A stretch of 64,000 bases of DNA from contig CAZHKA010000035.1 of assembly GCA_964533505.1 (NCBI GenBank), forward strand, positions 1,288 through 65,287. Direction: 5' to 3'. The translations under genes were made by a program, and so were the position numbers. This document shows positions 48,782 through 59,492 of this stretch, piece after piece. Positions within the stretch are counted from its first letter, which is position 1. Every line of letters begins with the position of its first letter. Source of the DNA: an uncultured Candidatus Bathyarchaeia archaeon. Its GTDB lineage: Archaea > Thermoproteota > Bathyarchaeia > 40CM-2-53-6. The notes below the pieces were generated by a model. It did no database searches and was not told where the DNA came from. It saw only the letters and a list, made by a program, of their open reading frames with translations.

Positions 48782-50974
48782 ATGGTTTCGATGGCCGAGG
48801 TTATCAGGAGAGGTTGGTGTGGACCCTGCCACATAAGGTGTGGTTTACTAATTCACTTCGAAGGCGATAGAGCGGTTAAGGTTGAGGGCGACCCGAAGCA
48901 CCCGGTGAATAGAGGTGCTATGTGTAGTAGAGGCCGTTTGATTCTGGAACATCTCTACCACCCCGACCGAGTTAACTTCCCGCTGAAACGGGTCGGGAAG
49001 AAGGGGGAGGGAAAGTGGCAGAGAATTTCTTGGGATCAGGCACTGGACGAGATAGCATCAAAGATTAGCGATGTCAAAACGACGTTCGGAGCTGAGTCTC
49101 TTTCTTTTTGCGGCGGCACATACAGAACGTACATGTGGGCTAGCAAACGGTTCTTCAACCTGTTCGGCTCACCGAACCTAACCGGCCCCGGTGCTATATG
49201 TCACTGTTCCAGTTTCGCAGTTGAGTCCGCCACTTACGGGACTATGGCCCACAGCGACCTTCGCAACGCTAACTGCATCGTCGTCTGGGGACATACGCCT
49301 TCAGAATCCGTTCCGATTCCCGAATGGCCGCAGATTCTTGCAGCCAAGAAAAGAGGCGCGAAACTGATCGTCGTAGATCCCAGGTTCACTAAAACCGCTG
49401 AGATGGCCGACTCATGGTTACAGGTACGACCAGGCACAGACGCCGCACTAATGTTAGGTTGGTTAAAGATCATAGTCGACGAGGGGCTCTATGACAAGGA
49501 TTTCGTAGAGAAGTGGACCGTTGGGTTCGACCGGTTGAAGGAACGGCTTGCAGACTACACACCCGAGAGAGTATCTGAAGTCACATGGATCCCGCCAGAT
49601 AGAATCGTCGAGAGCGCACGAATCTACGCGACCACAAAACCCGCGGCCCTAACTTGGGGCTTGGGCTGTGATAAACAGGGAGTCAACCTTTCAAACGTTG
49701 CAAGAGCGAGAAGTATCTTGCGGGCAGTCACAGGGAATCTGGATGTGAAAGGCGGCGACATTATCGGCCTCTCAGGCCCGCTAGGAAGCGTTGTTTCAGA
49801 TGTCGAGATGGAACTCAATGAGATGCTGCCCCCAAACCAGAGAAGAAAGCAGTTGGGAAGCCAAGAATACAGGCTTATGAGCTATCCCGGATGGGAACGC
49901 ACTAGTGAAGCCTCACGGAAGATGCCCCCAACCTACATGCAACCCCCAACGGCCGGGGTGACAGCCCAAGCCAATCCGAGAACGATCTGGAAAGCGATAA
50001 CCGAAGGAAATCCGTACCCAGTCAAGGGCATGATCGTCTTGGCTGGAAACCCACTCCTATCCCTAACGAGCACGCAGTCCGTTCAAAACGCCCTCAAACG
50101 TCTGGAACTACTCGTAGTCATGGATTACTACATGACACCGACAGCCGAGCTCGCGGACTATGTTCTCCCCGCAGCCTCGACCCTTGAAAGAAGCGACATC
50201 GCAACAAACGGCCCACGAGTTGTCGCCTGTCCTAAGGCGATGGACCCTCTGTACGAACGGCGCAGCGATTACGAGTTCTGGCGTGAATTGGGCATGAGGC
50301 TGGGCCAGAAGGAACACTGGCCTTGGAAGACCGCGGAAGAGGTCTGCGACTATAGACTCAAACCTCTGGGCGTAAGTTTCTCGGAGCTTACCGAGAAGTA
50401 TGAGGTATTCGGTCCCCACGAGGACAAGAAATATGAAAAGTACGGTTTCGGGACACCATCAGGAAAGGTCGAAGTTTACTCAACAATCCTCGAGGAACTC
50501 GGCTACGACCCCTTACCCAACTACATCGAACCCCCAGAAACCCCCGTCAACGCTCCGAACATCGCGAAGAACTATCCGTTAATCCTGAACACGGGAGGCA
50601 GATTCATGCCCATGTACCATTCGGAGCTAAGGCAAATACGAGCCGCTCGCGAAACAAACCCAGACCCAGCCGTTGATATCCACCCCGAAACAGCTGGCCG
50701 ACTGGGCATAGCGAACGGAGATTGGGTCTGGGTAGAGACACGAAGAGGCAAAATCAAACAGAGGGCCAGATTCACAGAACAAGTGCACCCTAGGATGATT
50801 CATGTCCAGCATGGATGGTGGTTCCCCGAAAAACCCGCCGAAGAGCCAAGCCTCCATGGTTTGTACGAATCGAATGCCAACGTCCTCTGCACCGACGACC
50901 CAGAATACTGCAGCAGAGAAATCGGTGCATGGCCAGACACCGCCCTTCTCTGCAAAGTATACAAGGCAACTTGA
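48782..50974 (+). CDS. Mo/W-bisPGD oxidoreductase, acetylene-hydratase-like clade
   Basis: CGPCHIRC..C 4Fe-4S site; RISWDQALDEIA, FFNLFGSPN..C, QLG...Y, TPSGKVE.YS and HGWW.PE motifs; 730 aa; no Tat signal. Confidence 0.85.
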   Translation: MVSMAEVIRRGWCGPCHIRCGLLIHFEGDRAVKVEGDPKHPVNRGAMCSRGRLILEHLYHPDRVNFPLKRVGKKGEGKWQRISWDQALDEIASKISDVKTTFGAESLSFCGGTYRTYMWASKRFFNLFGSPNLTGPGAICHCSSFAVESATYGTMAHSDLRNANCIVVWGHTPSESVPIPEWPQILAAKKRGAKLIVVDPRFTKTAEMADSWLQVRPGTDAALMLGWLKIIVDEGLYDKDFVEKWTVGFDRLKERLADYTPERVSEVTWIPPDRIVESARIYATTKPAALTWGLGCDKQGVNLSNVARARSILRAVTGNLDVKGGDIIGLSGPLGSVVSDVEMELNEMLPPNQRRKQLGSQEYRLMSYPGWERTSEASRKMPPTYMQPPTAGVTAQANPRTIWKAITEGNPYPVKGMIVLAGNPLLSLTSTQSVQNALKRLELLVVMDYYMTPTAELADYVLPAASTLERSDIATNGPRVVACPKAMDPLYERRSDYEFWRELGMRLGQKEHWPWKTAEEVCDYRLKPLGVSFSELTEKYEVFGPHEDKKYEKYGFGTPSGKVEVYSTILEELGYDPLPNYIEPPETPVNAPNIAKNYPLILNTGGRFMPMYHSELRQIRAARETNPDPAVDIHPETAGRLGIANGDWVWVETRRGKIKQRARFTEQVHPRMIHVQHGWWFPEKPAEEPSLHGLYESNANVLCTDDPEYCSREIGAWPDTALLCKVYKAT

Positions 50975-51152
50975 CCGAGAGCGACTCCGCAATTACTCAC
51001 ACGTCAATTCTATTGCCAGATAACGCCGCAATCCGATGCATCGCCAAAGAACATTATCGATTCACAATACGCGACCAAAACTCTCTGAGACGAGTAGAAA
51101 CCTCCAAACGCTTAATTGTTTCCTGGGCCGAATGCCGCTAGGCTTGATTTGA

Positions 51153-52133
51153 ATGATGACTTCGAAATCGAAAAAGTTTTACAGGATATTCTTTTCGACA
51201 GACATTCACGCTTCGGAAGTCGTGTTCAGGAAATTTCTGGGCACGGCTAAATTTTACAACGTAGATACTTTAGTGATGGGAGGGGACATAACCGGTAAGA
51301 CCGTTGTCCCGCTCGTATCCAACGCGAATGGTAAATATCGATTCAATTTTCAAGGGCAGGACTTCAACGAAATCCAGGCCAGCCAAATCTCCGAGTTTGA
51401 GAAACGCATCATGAACGCAGGCCTCTACCCGTATCGAACTTCCGAAAGTGAGTACGAATCGCTTCGGTCTGAACCTGGAAAAGTAACCGCCCTCTTCGAC
51501 CAACTAATGATTGATCGGTTGAACGAATGGAAGAAACTCGCCGAGACTAACCTAAGCCCTTTAGGGGTGAAGTGCTATTGGACGGGCGGAAACGATGATA
51601 AACAGGAGATACTTGACGCAGTCTCATCGTCAGAGCACTTTGTGAATGTGGATGGAAAGCGGATTGTCCTTGAAAGCGGACACGAAATGATCAGCCTAGG
51701 CTGGAGTACTCCCACTCCTTGGAAAACACCACGAGAATGCGATGACGAGCAGATCGCTTCCAAACTTCAACCACTGGTAGACACTATCAAAACTCCTTCC
51801 ACTAGCATATTCAATGTTCATGTCCCCCCCTACGATTCAGGACTCGATACCGCACCCAAACTTGATGCAAACTTCGATCCCCCGAAGCCAGTCGTTGAGG
51901 GGGGGCAGCAAGTGCTCATTCCGGTCGGCAGCACAGCAGTTCGCAGCATCATAGAAAAAACCCAGCCTCTGCTAATGCTTTGCGGGCATATTCATGAAGT
52001 AAAGGCAGAGGTTAGGCTGAATCGCACTATGTGCATCAACCCCAGCTCAGAATATTCGGCCGGTATCCTGCGAGGAGTAATCGTTAACCTAGTCGCTGAT
52101 AAGGTACTAAGTTACCAGTTCACGTCTGGGTGA
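51153..52133 (+). CDS. Metallophosphoesterase (Icc-related)
   Basis: TDIH, GGD, GNDD, HVPP and GHIHE motifs. Confidence 0.88.
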   Translation: MMTSKSKKFYRIFFSTDIHASEVVFRKFLGTAKFYNVDTLVMGGDITGKTVVPLVSNANGKYRFNFQGQDFNEIQASQISEFEKRIMNAGLYPYRTSESEYESLRSEPGKVTALFDQLMIDRLNEWKKLAETNLSPLGVKCYWTGGNDDKQEILDAVSSSEHFVNVDGKRIVLESGHEMISLGWSTPTPWKTPRECDDEQIASKLQPLVDTIKTPSTSIFNVHVPPYDSGLDTAPKLDANFDPPKPVVEGGQQVLIPVGSTAVRSIIEKTQPLLMLCGHIHEVKAEVRLNRTMCINPSSEYSAGILRGVIVNLVADKVLSYQFTSG

Positions 52134-52154
52134 CGTGAAAAAAAGACGGGCCCC

Positions 52155-53774
52155 CTACACAGGGGGTACTTCTTTGAAGGCCAAGTCTAAGTCGATGCCT
52201 CTTCTTTTCAGATAGGCTCGTCTGATGAAGAAATAGACGACCCAAATGAGGAAGATGCCGAGCATTATGCTCTCTGAGATTCGGTTTGACGTCATCACGC
52301 CCAATCCGGGCACTGTGAGGTAGTAGTATAGCATCCAAGCGCTGAACAGTGTTGCGATTAACCCGCAGATTGTAACTATTGGGATTCGACCCAGTTTGTA
52401 TTTGGCGCCAGGGGAACTGTCGTATACCGACTTTCTGGTCCACGGAAAGATCGCGCCGCCGAACGCTGTTCCAATGTACATTACTGTCGCGACTGCCGTC
52501 ACTGCAAGCGTGAGCGTGAGGTATCCCGGGACGAAGTTGTAGACTGCCGAATAGATGACGGCGCCGAGGATAAAGAACAGTACGTGTGCGATGACGGGGG
52601 TGTGTGTTCGGCTGTTGACGTTGCTAAGTATCTTCGGGAAAACACCGTCGATGGACATTGCAACCGTAACCCTAGTCCAGCCTATGATCACGTTCGTTTC
52701 AACTTGAAATGCGTTTAGGAGTATGCCGACGGTCATGAGAAAGATTAGCAGAGGATTATTGGTTAGGACGGCTGCGAGGTTGCTGAACCATGGTGGGATA
52801 GGCATGTTCACGGTTCCTGTTGTGCTGCCGTATGCAGCGGCCGCCAACCAGCCTTGTCCGACAGTGTTGATGAATGTATAGGCGAGAACCATCATGAGCA
52901 AAGTGCTGAAGAGGCCGCCGCCGAGGTTGATGAAGAGTTGGTTCTTGAAGCTAGAAGCGCCCTGAATCTCGCCCGCCTGTTCCTGCGTGTACCCCACCCA
53001 ACCTAGGCTGGTTAAGGCGATGGGGATGACGAAGAGGGTTGATCCCCATGACCAGCCGGAGACGGGTGTGAAACCATTCTGAGTGGCTTGAGTGAGAACG
53101 TAGTGGTAGTAATCGGGAGTGTTAGGTGCCAGCACTGCCATGGCTCCGTTGAATTTGGCGATGAACGCGGATGTTGGAGTCATGAGGAAGAACGCGATCA
53201 TGACGACGTAGCTAAGGAGGAAGCCGTACCACATCACCCACTGGGCAAGGACGAATAGCTTGAATCCTCTGATTAGGATAGCAGCACCCAATGCTCCACA
53301 TACGACAGTCGTTATCCAAATGCCCATTGGAGTTGTGAACCACAATCCTAGGTTCTCAACGGGTGTGCTGTTGGTTGCCAATCCGATGCCCGTGAACATT
53401 GGTGCAAATCCAAGTATTGACGTCAGCCATCCGCCCAACGCTTCCCATTGACAGAAGAACACTGGGATTACTGTGGCAACGATTGCGAAGCCGACGAACG
53501 GTTTGAGTGTACGGCTCTGAAAGACGTAGTCGCCTCCAGTGCGCGGCATCGCTGAAGCCAGTACAGAGTAAGCGACGGCGAGGAAAGCAGTGAAGATTCC
53601 GGTGATAAGTATTCCAAGCGGGACGTTTGCATCAGGCCAGAAGGCTAACGTGAGCAAGTAAACCCAGGGAAAGATCACTCCGATGTTTAGAACATTGTAT
53701 GCAAAAGCAGAGTACGGTGACATCACTCTGACTAAGCCAGAAGATTTTCTAGCGAAGACTTCTGTGGTCTTCAT
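52155..53774 (-). CDS. APC-family amino acid permease
   Basis: FARKSSGLVR and AMPRTGGDYVF motifs; ~12 TM. Confidence 0.9.
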   Translation of the reverse strand: MKTTEVFARKSSGLVRVMSPYSAFAYNVLNIGVIFPWVYLLTLAFWPDANVPLGILITGIFTAFLAVAYSVLASAMPRTGGDYVFQSRTLKPFVGFAIVATVIPVFFCQWEALGGWLTSILGFAPMFTGIGLATNSTPVENLGLWFTTPMGIWITTVVCGALGAAILIRGFKLFVLAQWVMWYGFLLSYVVMIAFFLMTPTSAFIAKFNGAMAVLAPNTPDYYHYVLTQATQNGFTPVSGWSWGSTLFVIPIALTSLGWVGYTQEQAGEIQGASSFKNQLFINLGGGLFSTLLMMVLAYTFINTVGQGWLAAAAYGSTTGTVNMPIPPWFSNLAAVLTNNPLLIFLMTVGILLNAFQVETNVIIGWTRVTVAMSIDGVFPKILSNVNSRTHTPVIAHVLFFILGAVIYSAVYNFVPGYLTLTLAVTAVATVMYIGTAFGGAIFPWTRKSVYDSSPGAKYKLGRIPIVTICGLIATLFSAWMLYYYLTVPGLGVMTSNRISESIMLGIFLIWVVYFFIRRAYLKRRGIDLDLAFKEVPPV

Positions 53775-53989
53775 GAAACCCTATAATGCGCGCCGGGATT
53801 ATATTAGCCTTAGCAACACACGCCCCAACCATCAACACCTGCATGCCGTCGTCCTCCGCAGCGGAGTCCGATCTCAAATTAGTGGATGCGATAGACAATA
53901 GGCGGGTGGCTCCGTTCTCGGCCGGAGTAGTCGAAGGGCTGCGATCCGAGCCTTGCGGCTATTGCTCGGATCTACCAGCATGCATCAAA

Positions 53990-54277
53990 TCAGCCTCCAG
54001 CGACAGACGGGACGATTAGGAGTGTGGCCTCGTCGCTCAGCTCGGTATCGAAGGCGTTGATCATGTGAACTGATTTTCCGTCCAATAGGAATCGAAGGTG
54101 AGGGCGTGGCTTGCCGGTAGTTGGGTCAAAGAGGTAGTCGCGCATCTTCTGGCCGTGTTTTTCTACGAGAAGTTTAAGCAGGTCCATTATCGTTGAGGAA
54201 TTGCTGGTCTCAACGGTCTCTTCTCTAGTGCCTGTTATCTCGCGGGCAGCGGCCATGTATTTTACTTTAACTTGCAT
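53990..54277 (-). CDS. moaD: MoaD/ThiS/SAMP ubiquitin-like sulfur carrier
   Basis: Beta-grasp size with C-terminal VAGG; downstream of AOR. Confidence 0.85.
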   Translation of the reverse strand: MQVKVKYMAAAREITGTREETVETSNSSTIMDLLKLLVEKHGQKMRDYLFDPTTGKPRPHLRFLLDGKSVHMINAFDTELSDEATLLIVPSVAGG

Positions 54278-54388
54278 ATACGAAGCATCCTAGGCGAGAC
54301 CGCTTAACCTGCTAGTAAATTGAGGGGCTATATTTGTTTGAATAGCCTAACGTTTTGCGTTAGAGGGCGCCGGGGCGCGTAACTGACG

Positions 54389-56272
54389 CTAATGCGATGG
54401 TAAGTCCGTGAGGCCGAGTTCTTGAATCGTTGCGTTCGTTGGCCTGCCTTCTTCATCCCAGTCCCAGATCCTGTAGTATTCTGAAAGCATTTTCTCGAAA
54501 TCCTCTTTCGACACGACCTTGCCTTTCGGATTTCCTTCCGGCAGTGGGTCTAGGTAGATGCGTGGAGGGATTGTGTCGTCCTTTCGCGAGAACCCTTCCC
54601 TTTGGTTGAAGAGTCTGGCCATTGTCCATATGCGCCGGCCAACTACTTTCAGGCTGTCTTCCACGTAGCTGGTTCCGCAGGAAGTGTTGATCATCCTAGC
54701 GCAGAGCGCTAAGTTGGCGGCGAGGAAGTCGCACATTGTGGTGCTCCATTTCACACTTGTTCTGATGTGGTCCATCTGACATATCTTTGCTTTACCTTCT
54801 GGCGTCAGGGGGTCAAGTTTGCCGAACGCATCGTAGCCCACCGGCCACGCGCGGTTATGGTCTGCACCTCTGTCCGAGGTTGCGTAGGCGAGGGCCATGC
54901 CGAAGGTTCCGCGTGGGTCGTACCCTGGATATTCCAATCCTTTGACGTGTAACGCGTACCTATCAGAGCCTTTCCCTACAATCTTCGACGCCCTAGCGAC
55001 TCCCTCGGCCAACACGTTGCCAATGCCTTTTCTGTATGCAATCAGCTTGGGCAGAGCTACAGCGGCCCCTGTGTTTCCGAATCTGAGTTCCAGCCCATCA
55101 GTGTCTCTGTTCGTGAGGATCCCCCGTTCGTATAGCTCCATTGCCCAGCCGCAAACGTTCCCAGCCGAGATCGTGTCAATGCCCGCCTCAGAGCATTCTT
55201 CGTTGAATTTCATTATGACTCGAATGTCTTCGATGCCCATGTTAGCGCCGCATAGGGCTAATGTCTCGTATTCCGGCCCTTCCCCCTTTAGGCCTGCATA
55301 CTCCCCATCCTTGACCTCCGTAACATTTCGGCAGCCTATCGAGCAACTGTAACATGTTGACTGGTGCCTGACCAGAATCGTATCGGCAAGCGCGTCCGAA
55401 TTGATCTGCTCCGCTTTATGGAACATGCCCGTCTGGAAGTTTCGGGTTGGAAGCAGCCCTCCCCCCTGACTCAGGTTCAGTACACCTGGGGTTCCGACTT
55501 TTCTCAGCATTTCTTCGTCGGGGTTTTCCTGAATCTCTTTCTTGATGATTTCCCTGACCATGCTCAGGAACGCAGGTTCAGAGTTGATGCTGAGCGCCCT
55601 GAGCTGCTTGGTTCCTCGAGCCGATATTGCCTTGAGGTTCTTTGAACCCATCACCGCGCCTGTTCCGCCTCTACCCGCGAAGTGACGCTTGTCGTACGCA
55701 ACGGCCGCAAATCTGACTTTGTTTTCCCCAGCCGGTCCTATGCACCCAATTTTAGGGCCGTCCTCGTAGTGACGGGGTTTCTCACCAGACTCTTTCACCA
55801 CCAAATCCGTAGTCTCGAAGACACTCTTACCCCACAAGTGACCGGCATCCCTCAACTCCGCGCTTCCATCTTTAATCGCAAGGTAAACCGGCTTCGGGGA
55901 ACGACCGTTAATGATCACTCCGTCAAATCCCGCGAATTTCAGTTCCGCCGGGAAATATCCACCGGAGTAGCTGTCGCTCATTGTTCCCGTTGCTGGTGAC
56001 TTGGTCACATTGGCCATGCGTGACATGGTTGATGCGATGGTCCCAGTTAGCGGGCCCGTCATCAGTATGATAGGATTGTCAGGTGAGTACGGATCCGTGC
56101 CGGGTCGCAGGAATTCGAATAAGTAGCGTATGCCTAACCCTTTCCCCCCAATATACTTGTCAACCCAGTCCCACCGGATCTCCTCCTGTGCGACCTTGCC
56201 GTTCGAAAGGTCGACTTTGAGAATCTTACCACAGTAGGCGCGTCCAGGACGATTCGTTTCAGGCCCGCTCAA
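54389..56272 (-). CDS. Tungsten aldehyde:ferredoxin oxidoreductase (AOR family)
   Basis: KSPATG, IGPAGE, GRGG.GAVMGSKNLKA, CYSCSIGC, EYET, DTIS and RGADH motifs. Confidence 0.95.
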   Translation of the reverse strand: MSGPETNRPGRAYCGKILKVDLSNGKVAQEEIRWDWVDKYIGGKGLGIRYLFEFLRPGTDPYSPDNPIILMTGPLTGTIASTMSRMANVTKSPATGTMSDSYSGGYFPAELKFAGFDGVIINGRSPKPVYLAIKDGSAELRDAGHLWGKSVFETTDLVVKESGEKPRHYEDGPKIGCIGPAGENKVRFAAVAYDKRHFAGRGGTGAVMGSKNLKAISARGTKQLRALSINSEPAFLSMVREIIKKEIQENPDEEMLRKVGTPGVLNLSQGGGLLPTRNFQTGMFHKAEQINSDALADTILVRHQSTCYSCSIGCRNVTEVKDGEYAGLKGEGPEYETLALCGANMGIEDIRVIMKFNEECSEAGIDTISAGNVCGWAMELYERGILTNRDTDGLELRFGNTGAAVALPKLIAYRKGIGNVLAEGVARASKIVGKGSDRYALHVKGLEYPGYDPRGTFGMALAYATSDRGADHNRAWPVGYDAFGKLDPLTPEGKAKICQMDHIRTSVKWSTTMCDFLAANLALCARMINTSCGTSYVEDSLKVVGRRIWTMARLFNQREGFSRKDDTIPPRIYLDPLPEGNPKGKVVSKEDFEKMLSEYYRIWDWDEEGRPTNATIQELGLTDLPSH

Positions 56273-56551
56273 ACCGATTCAACCACAAACCTTCTCCCAT
56301 CCAAGAATGATATAGAACTTTTCTCATTATCTTCAACCCTAATCCGCCCATACCTGCGGACTTGGCGAGACCCGGCTTATGGGTGTATGTCATATGTTAG
56401 ACACCATTTCTTGACCAATGGAGCCGTACCAGCACTCAGGAAGTAGTTTACGTCGTTACCAAGGACGGCTCGGTGCGTTATGGACCGGGACCAACAAGTT
56501 GAGGGACCGAATACCGCATGGAATGGACCGAACCTTGCATACTTCGGGGCT

Positions 56552-56580
56552 TACATGATCAGTCCATACATGATCAGTCC
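56552..56580. repeat. 14-bp tandem duplication
   Basis: TACATGATCAGTCC at 56552-56565 and 56567-56580. Confidence 0.85.
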
Positions 56581-56644
56581 CTGGGCGGTCAGCATAATAT
56601 CTTCGTCATGATATTCCCCGACAAGTTGGTTCAGTTCATCTTCA

Positions 56645-57646
56645 CTAAATTACGTAGTGCTCACGTGGGTGCTCTGGGAAGTAGCGCTCTCTTCTATCCA
56701 CTAAGACGGTTACGACATTCATGCCCTTACCCATCCTCTTGGCGATCTTGATAGCAGCGTAAACGTTTGCCCCCGAGGACATACCGCAGAACAAACCCTC
56801 CTCACGACACAACCGGTTCATCATTAACCTAGCATCGGCATCGCTAATCGTTGAGACCTCGTCCGGCAGACCCCGTTCTAACATCAAGTCGACAAGAGAC
56901 TTAGCGGGAGGCAGCCCAACAGCTTCCCGGTACTTCCTCATAGATCCCGACTTGGACCATTCCGTGACCCTAGCGTCCTCAGGCTCCAACCCTATAACCC
57001 TCACATGCCCAACCTTTTCTCGTAACGCCTCGGCAACTCCGAGTATGGTTCCGCCGGTCCCTATCGAGGCTACCCACGCATCCACCTTCTCGTCCATCTG
57101 TTCGAGTATCTCCTTCCCAGTAGTCTCCTTGTGGGCCAGCATGTTGTTGAGGTTGCCGTCTTGGTTGGCCCACCAGACTCCGGAACCGCGTTTCTCCAAG
57201 TCGTAACATTTCTTCATACCAATCGCGAAGACGGCCGCTGAAGCCTCGTTGGGTGACAGCCCCTCAAACAATTTCTCATAGCCCTCAATGGAGAATTTCT
57301 CAACCTCTGCTCCGAAACACTCCATCACCCTGACCCTGTTCTCGGGGTTGTATTCCCCCGCCCATTTGGCTGGAATGAACAATCTTACCCCGTAGCCTTT
57401 CATAGCGCCTACAAATGATAGCGCCGGTCCGGTGTTGCCACTCGTTGCGTCGACTATCAAGCCACCCTTCCTCAGCTTTCCATTCCTTTCAGCCTCTTGG
57501 ACCATCTTCAGAGCCATCCTGTCCTTGATACTCCCGCTTGGGTTCAAGAACTCACACTTCGCATAGACATTTGCGTCGAGGCCCGACGCCACTCTGTTAA
57601 GGCTCACGAGGGGAGTATTGCCGATAAGATCTAGCGCGTTGTTCAT
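56645..57646 (-). CDS. Cysteine synthase / cystathionine beta-synthase-family PLP enzyme
   Basis: IGNTPLV, NPSGSIKDR, TSGNTG, GTGGT and G.SSGAN motifs. Confidence 0.9.
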   Translation of the reverse strand: MNNALDLIGNTPLVSLNRVASGLDANVYAKCEFLNPSGSIKDRMALKMVQEAERNGKLRKGGLIVDATSGNTGPALSFVGAMKGYGVRLFIPAKWAGEYNPENRVRVMECFGAEVEKFSIEGYEKLFEGLSPNEASAAVFAIGMKKCYDLEKRGSGVWWANQDGNLNNMLAHKETTGKEILEQMDEKVDAWVASIGTGGTILGVAEALREKVGHVRVIGLEPEDARVTEWSKSGSMRKYREAVGLPPAKSLVDLMLERGLPDEVSTISDADARLMMNRLCREEGLFCGMSSGANVYAAIKIAKRMGKGMNVVTVLVDRRERYFPEHPREHYVI

Positions 57647-57789
57647 TTCCTACGCCAGATTTCAATGACGACATTCAAAGGCACTCACGTATTCGCTTAT
57701 TGGTGAGGTATACGTTCCCCTAAGTTGAGTTTGTACTTCAAATCAATTACGATGCCCTTGAGCCCAAATGCGTTAAGAAGAGATGTGGG

Positions 57790-57966
57790 ACCACGAAGAT
57801 CGTAGCACTCGGAGACAGCCTTACGGTAGGAGAGACCGGGTTCGCACTCTCCGCAGCTGATGAGGCCGTTGTCCCGTACACGAAATGCCTCGAGCTCCTC
57901 GCTGAAGAGTACTTGCGCAGCCGCGGTTCGGACGTGAGGGTCTTGGAAGGTTGTGTGTGTCCTTGA
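57790..57966 (+). pseudogene. N-terminal fragment of a GDSL/SGNH hydrolase
   Basis: Frame reads TTKIVALGDSLTVG...PYTKCLE...V.V then stops; no clear start codon. Confidence 0.65.
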
Positions 57967-58538
57967 CCCTCTACCCGTCAATTCTTAATTGTGAAATACC
58001 CTTTCCACAGATATTCTTGGCGTGGTTGAAATTGTCAGATGTCTTGCTCCTCATGCTAGCGTTTGAGGTTGTTGTCGCGGCTGCAGTAGTCTTGCTTGCC
58101 GGCATGTTTCTCACAAGAGCCATTACCTCAGCAGCTAAGAGAGCTGGGGTTCCTCAAGCCCAATTGCATTTTTTCAGAGACGTGATGAGGACGCTCTTTA
58201 TTCTTCTCGCGGTTATAGTGATAATTCACGTTTCCGGTCTGACTTCTCAGTTTACGGCGCTCACCGTTTCAGGAATTGTTGCGATCGCGCTCTCTTTAGC
58301 TCTTCAAACCACGTTGACGAACGTAATATCTGGTATTCTGTTGCTGGTAGACGGCTCGATTCGTGTTAGCGATTCGGTCGAATACAGTGGAGTTAAAGGC
58401 GAAGTGGTCAAGATAGGTATCCGGAATACGTGGATCAAAACTAGGGAAGGAAATTTAGTGATCATAAGCAATAGCCAACTCGCTAGCGGTCCACTAACGA
58501 ACTATACGGCAACCCAACGACTACTAGGAAAACTGTAA
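57951..58538 (+). CDS. Small-conductance mechanosensitive channel (MscS)-like protein
   Basis: ALQTTLTNVISG, G.V..IG.R.T and IISNS motifs; short version; start uncertain. Confidence 0.85.
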   Translation: MCVSLTLYPSILNCEIPFPQIFLAWLKLSDVLLLMLAFEVVVAAAVVLLAGMFLTRAITSAAKRAGVPQAQLHFFRDVMRTLFILLAVIVIIHVSGLTSQFTALTVSGIVAIALSLALQTTLTNVISGILLLVDGSIRVSDSVEYSGVKGEVVKIGIRNTWIKTREGNLVIISNSQLASGPLTNYTATQRLLGKL

Positions 58539-58569
58539 CTAGGTAGATGATATGATCTCTTATCAGGCT

Positions 58570-58767
58570 TTACCGACGTCCACTCTGGTTAGAGAAATCC
58601 AGCTTGATGCCTAACCAACGTTGGCCTTCCGCTCTGACCATTTGACCCGTCTCCTCCAGATCCCTGAAGGTTGAGGGTTCAACGCCCGAACGACGGTCCA
58701 CTTGCTCACAGATGTCGATGCCTATCACTGATGCACCTTCTTTGGCGAAAGCGACGGCCACGGCACG
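58570..58767 (-). pseudogene. Internal fragment of an SDR oxidoreductase (mycofactocin-associated type insert)
   Basis: RAVAVAFAKEGASVIGIDIC...DLEET...V..EG; lacks the TGxxxGxG start and the catalytic YxxxK. Confidence 0.75.
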
Positions 58768-59492
58768 ATGGAAACTTCTCCGAAGATGCGACCTTCCTCG
58801 CTTCCATGTGGCTTACTCACGTGCCCAAAGAAGTATTGGCGAAGAACTTTGGAGTATCCGAAAGCGACTTCGACAACCTAGCAACCGACGTCGATCGCAC
58901 GCGATACATTTTCCCCGGCCAGGTACCGCCGCCACTGTCACAGGATAAAGTTAGCAATCCGCAGGGAGAACGCTCCTTCAGTTATCGTTTATCGGAACAG
59001 AAGCCAATAAAGACGAGTGGCGGCACCGTAAGAATCGTCGATTCTTCCATCTTCCCCGCGGCCAGCACGATTGCAGCGGGGCTCGTAGAGATCGAACCCG
59101 GCGGCATGCGTGAGCTCCACTGGCATCCGAACAACGACGAGTGGCAATATTACATTGAAGGATTCGGCCGCATGGGCGTATTCGCGTCTGAACATAACAC
59201 GCGCACATTCAACTACCGAGAAGGCGACGTAGGCACCGTGCCGTTCGCTTTCGGACACTACATTGAGAATCTCGGCGACACACCGTTGCGCTTCCTGGAA
59301 GTGTTCAAAGCGCCGCGCTTCCAAGACGTCTCACTGAACCAATGGTTGGCGCTTACGCTACCAGAACTGGTACAGGCGCACCTAAACTTCAACTGGACCA
59401 TGATGGCCGCGTTACGAAAACAAAAGACGCCAGTGGTCAAGCCCACGTATCCGGAGAACGCGCACACCAAACCTATGCATGAAATCCAGTGA
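58764..59492 (+). pseudogene. Oxalate decarboxylase (bicupin), C-terminal half only
   Basis: DGNFSEDATF, VPKEVLAKNFGV, MRELHWHPNNDEWQY and GHYIEN motifs; the N-terminal cupin is missing. Confidence 0.85.

Noticed and set aside
53943-53972. 9-bp hairpin GATCCGAGC/GCTCGGATC downstream of moaD
   Set aside because: An isolated stem without a T-tract or other structure; probably a transcript-end element and not enough to call an ncRNA.
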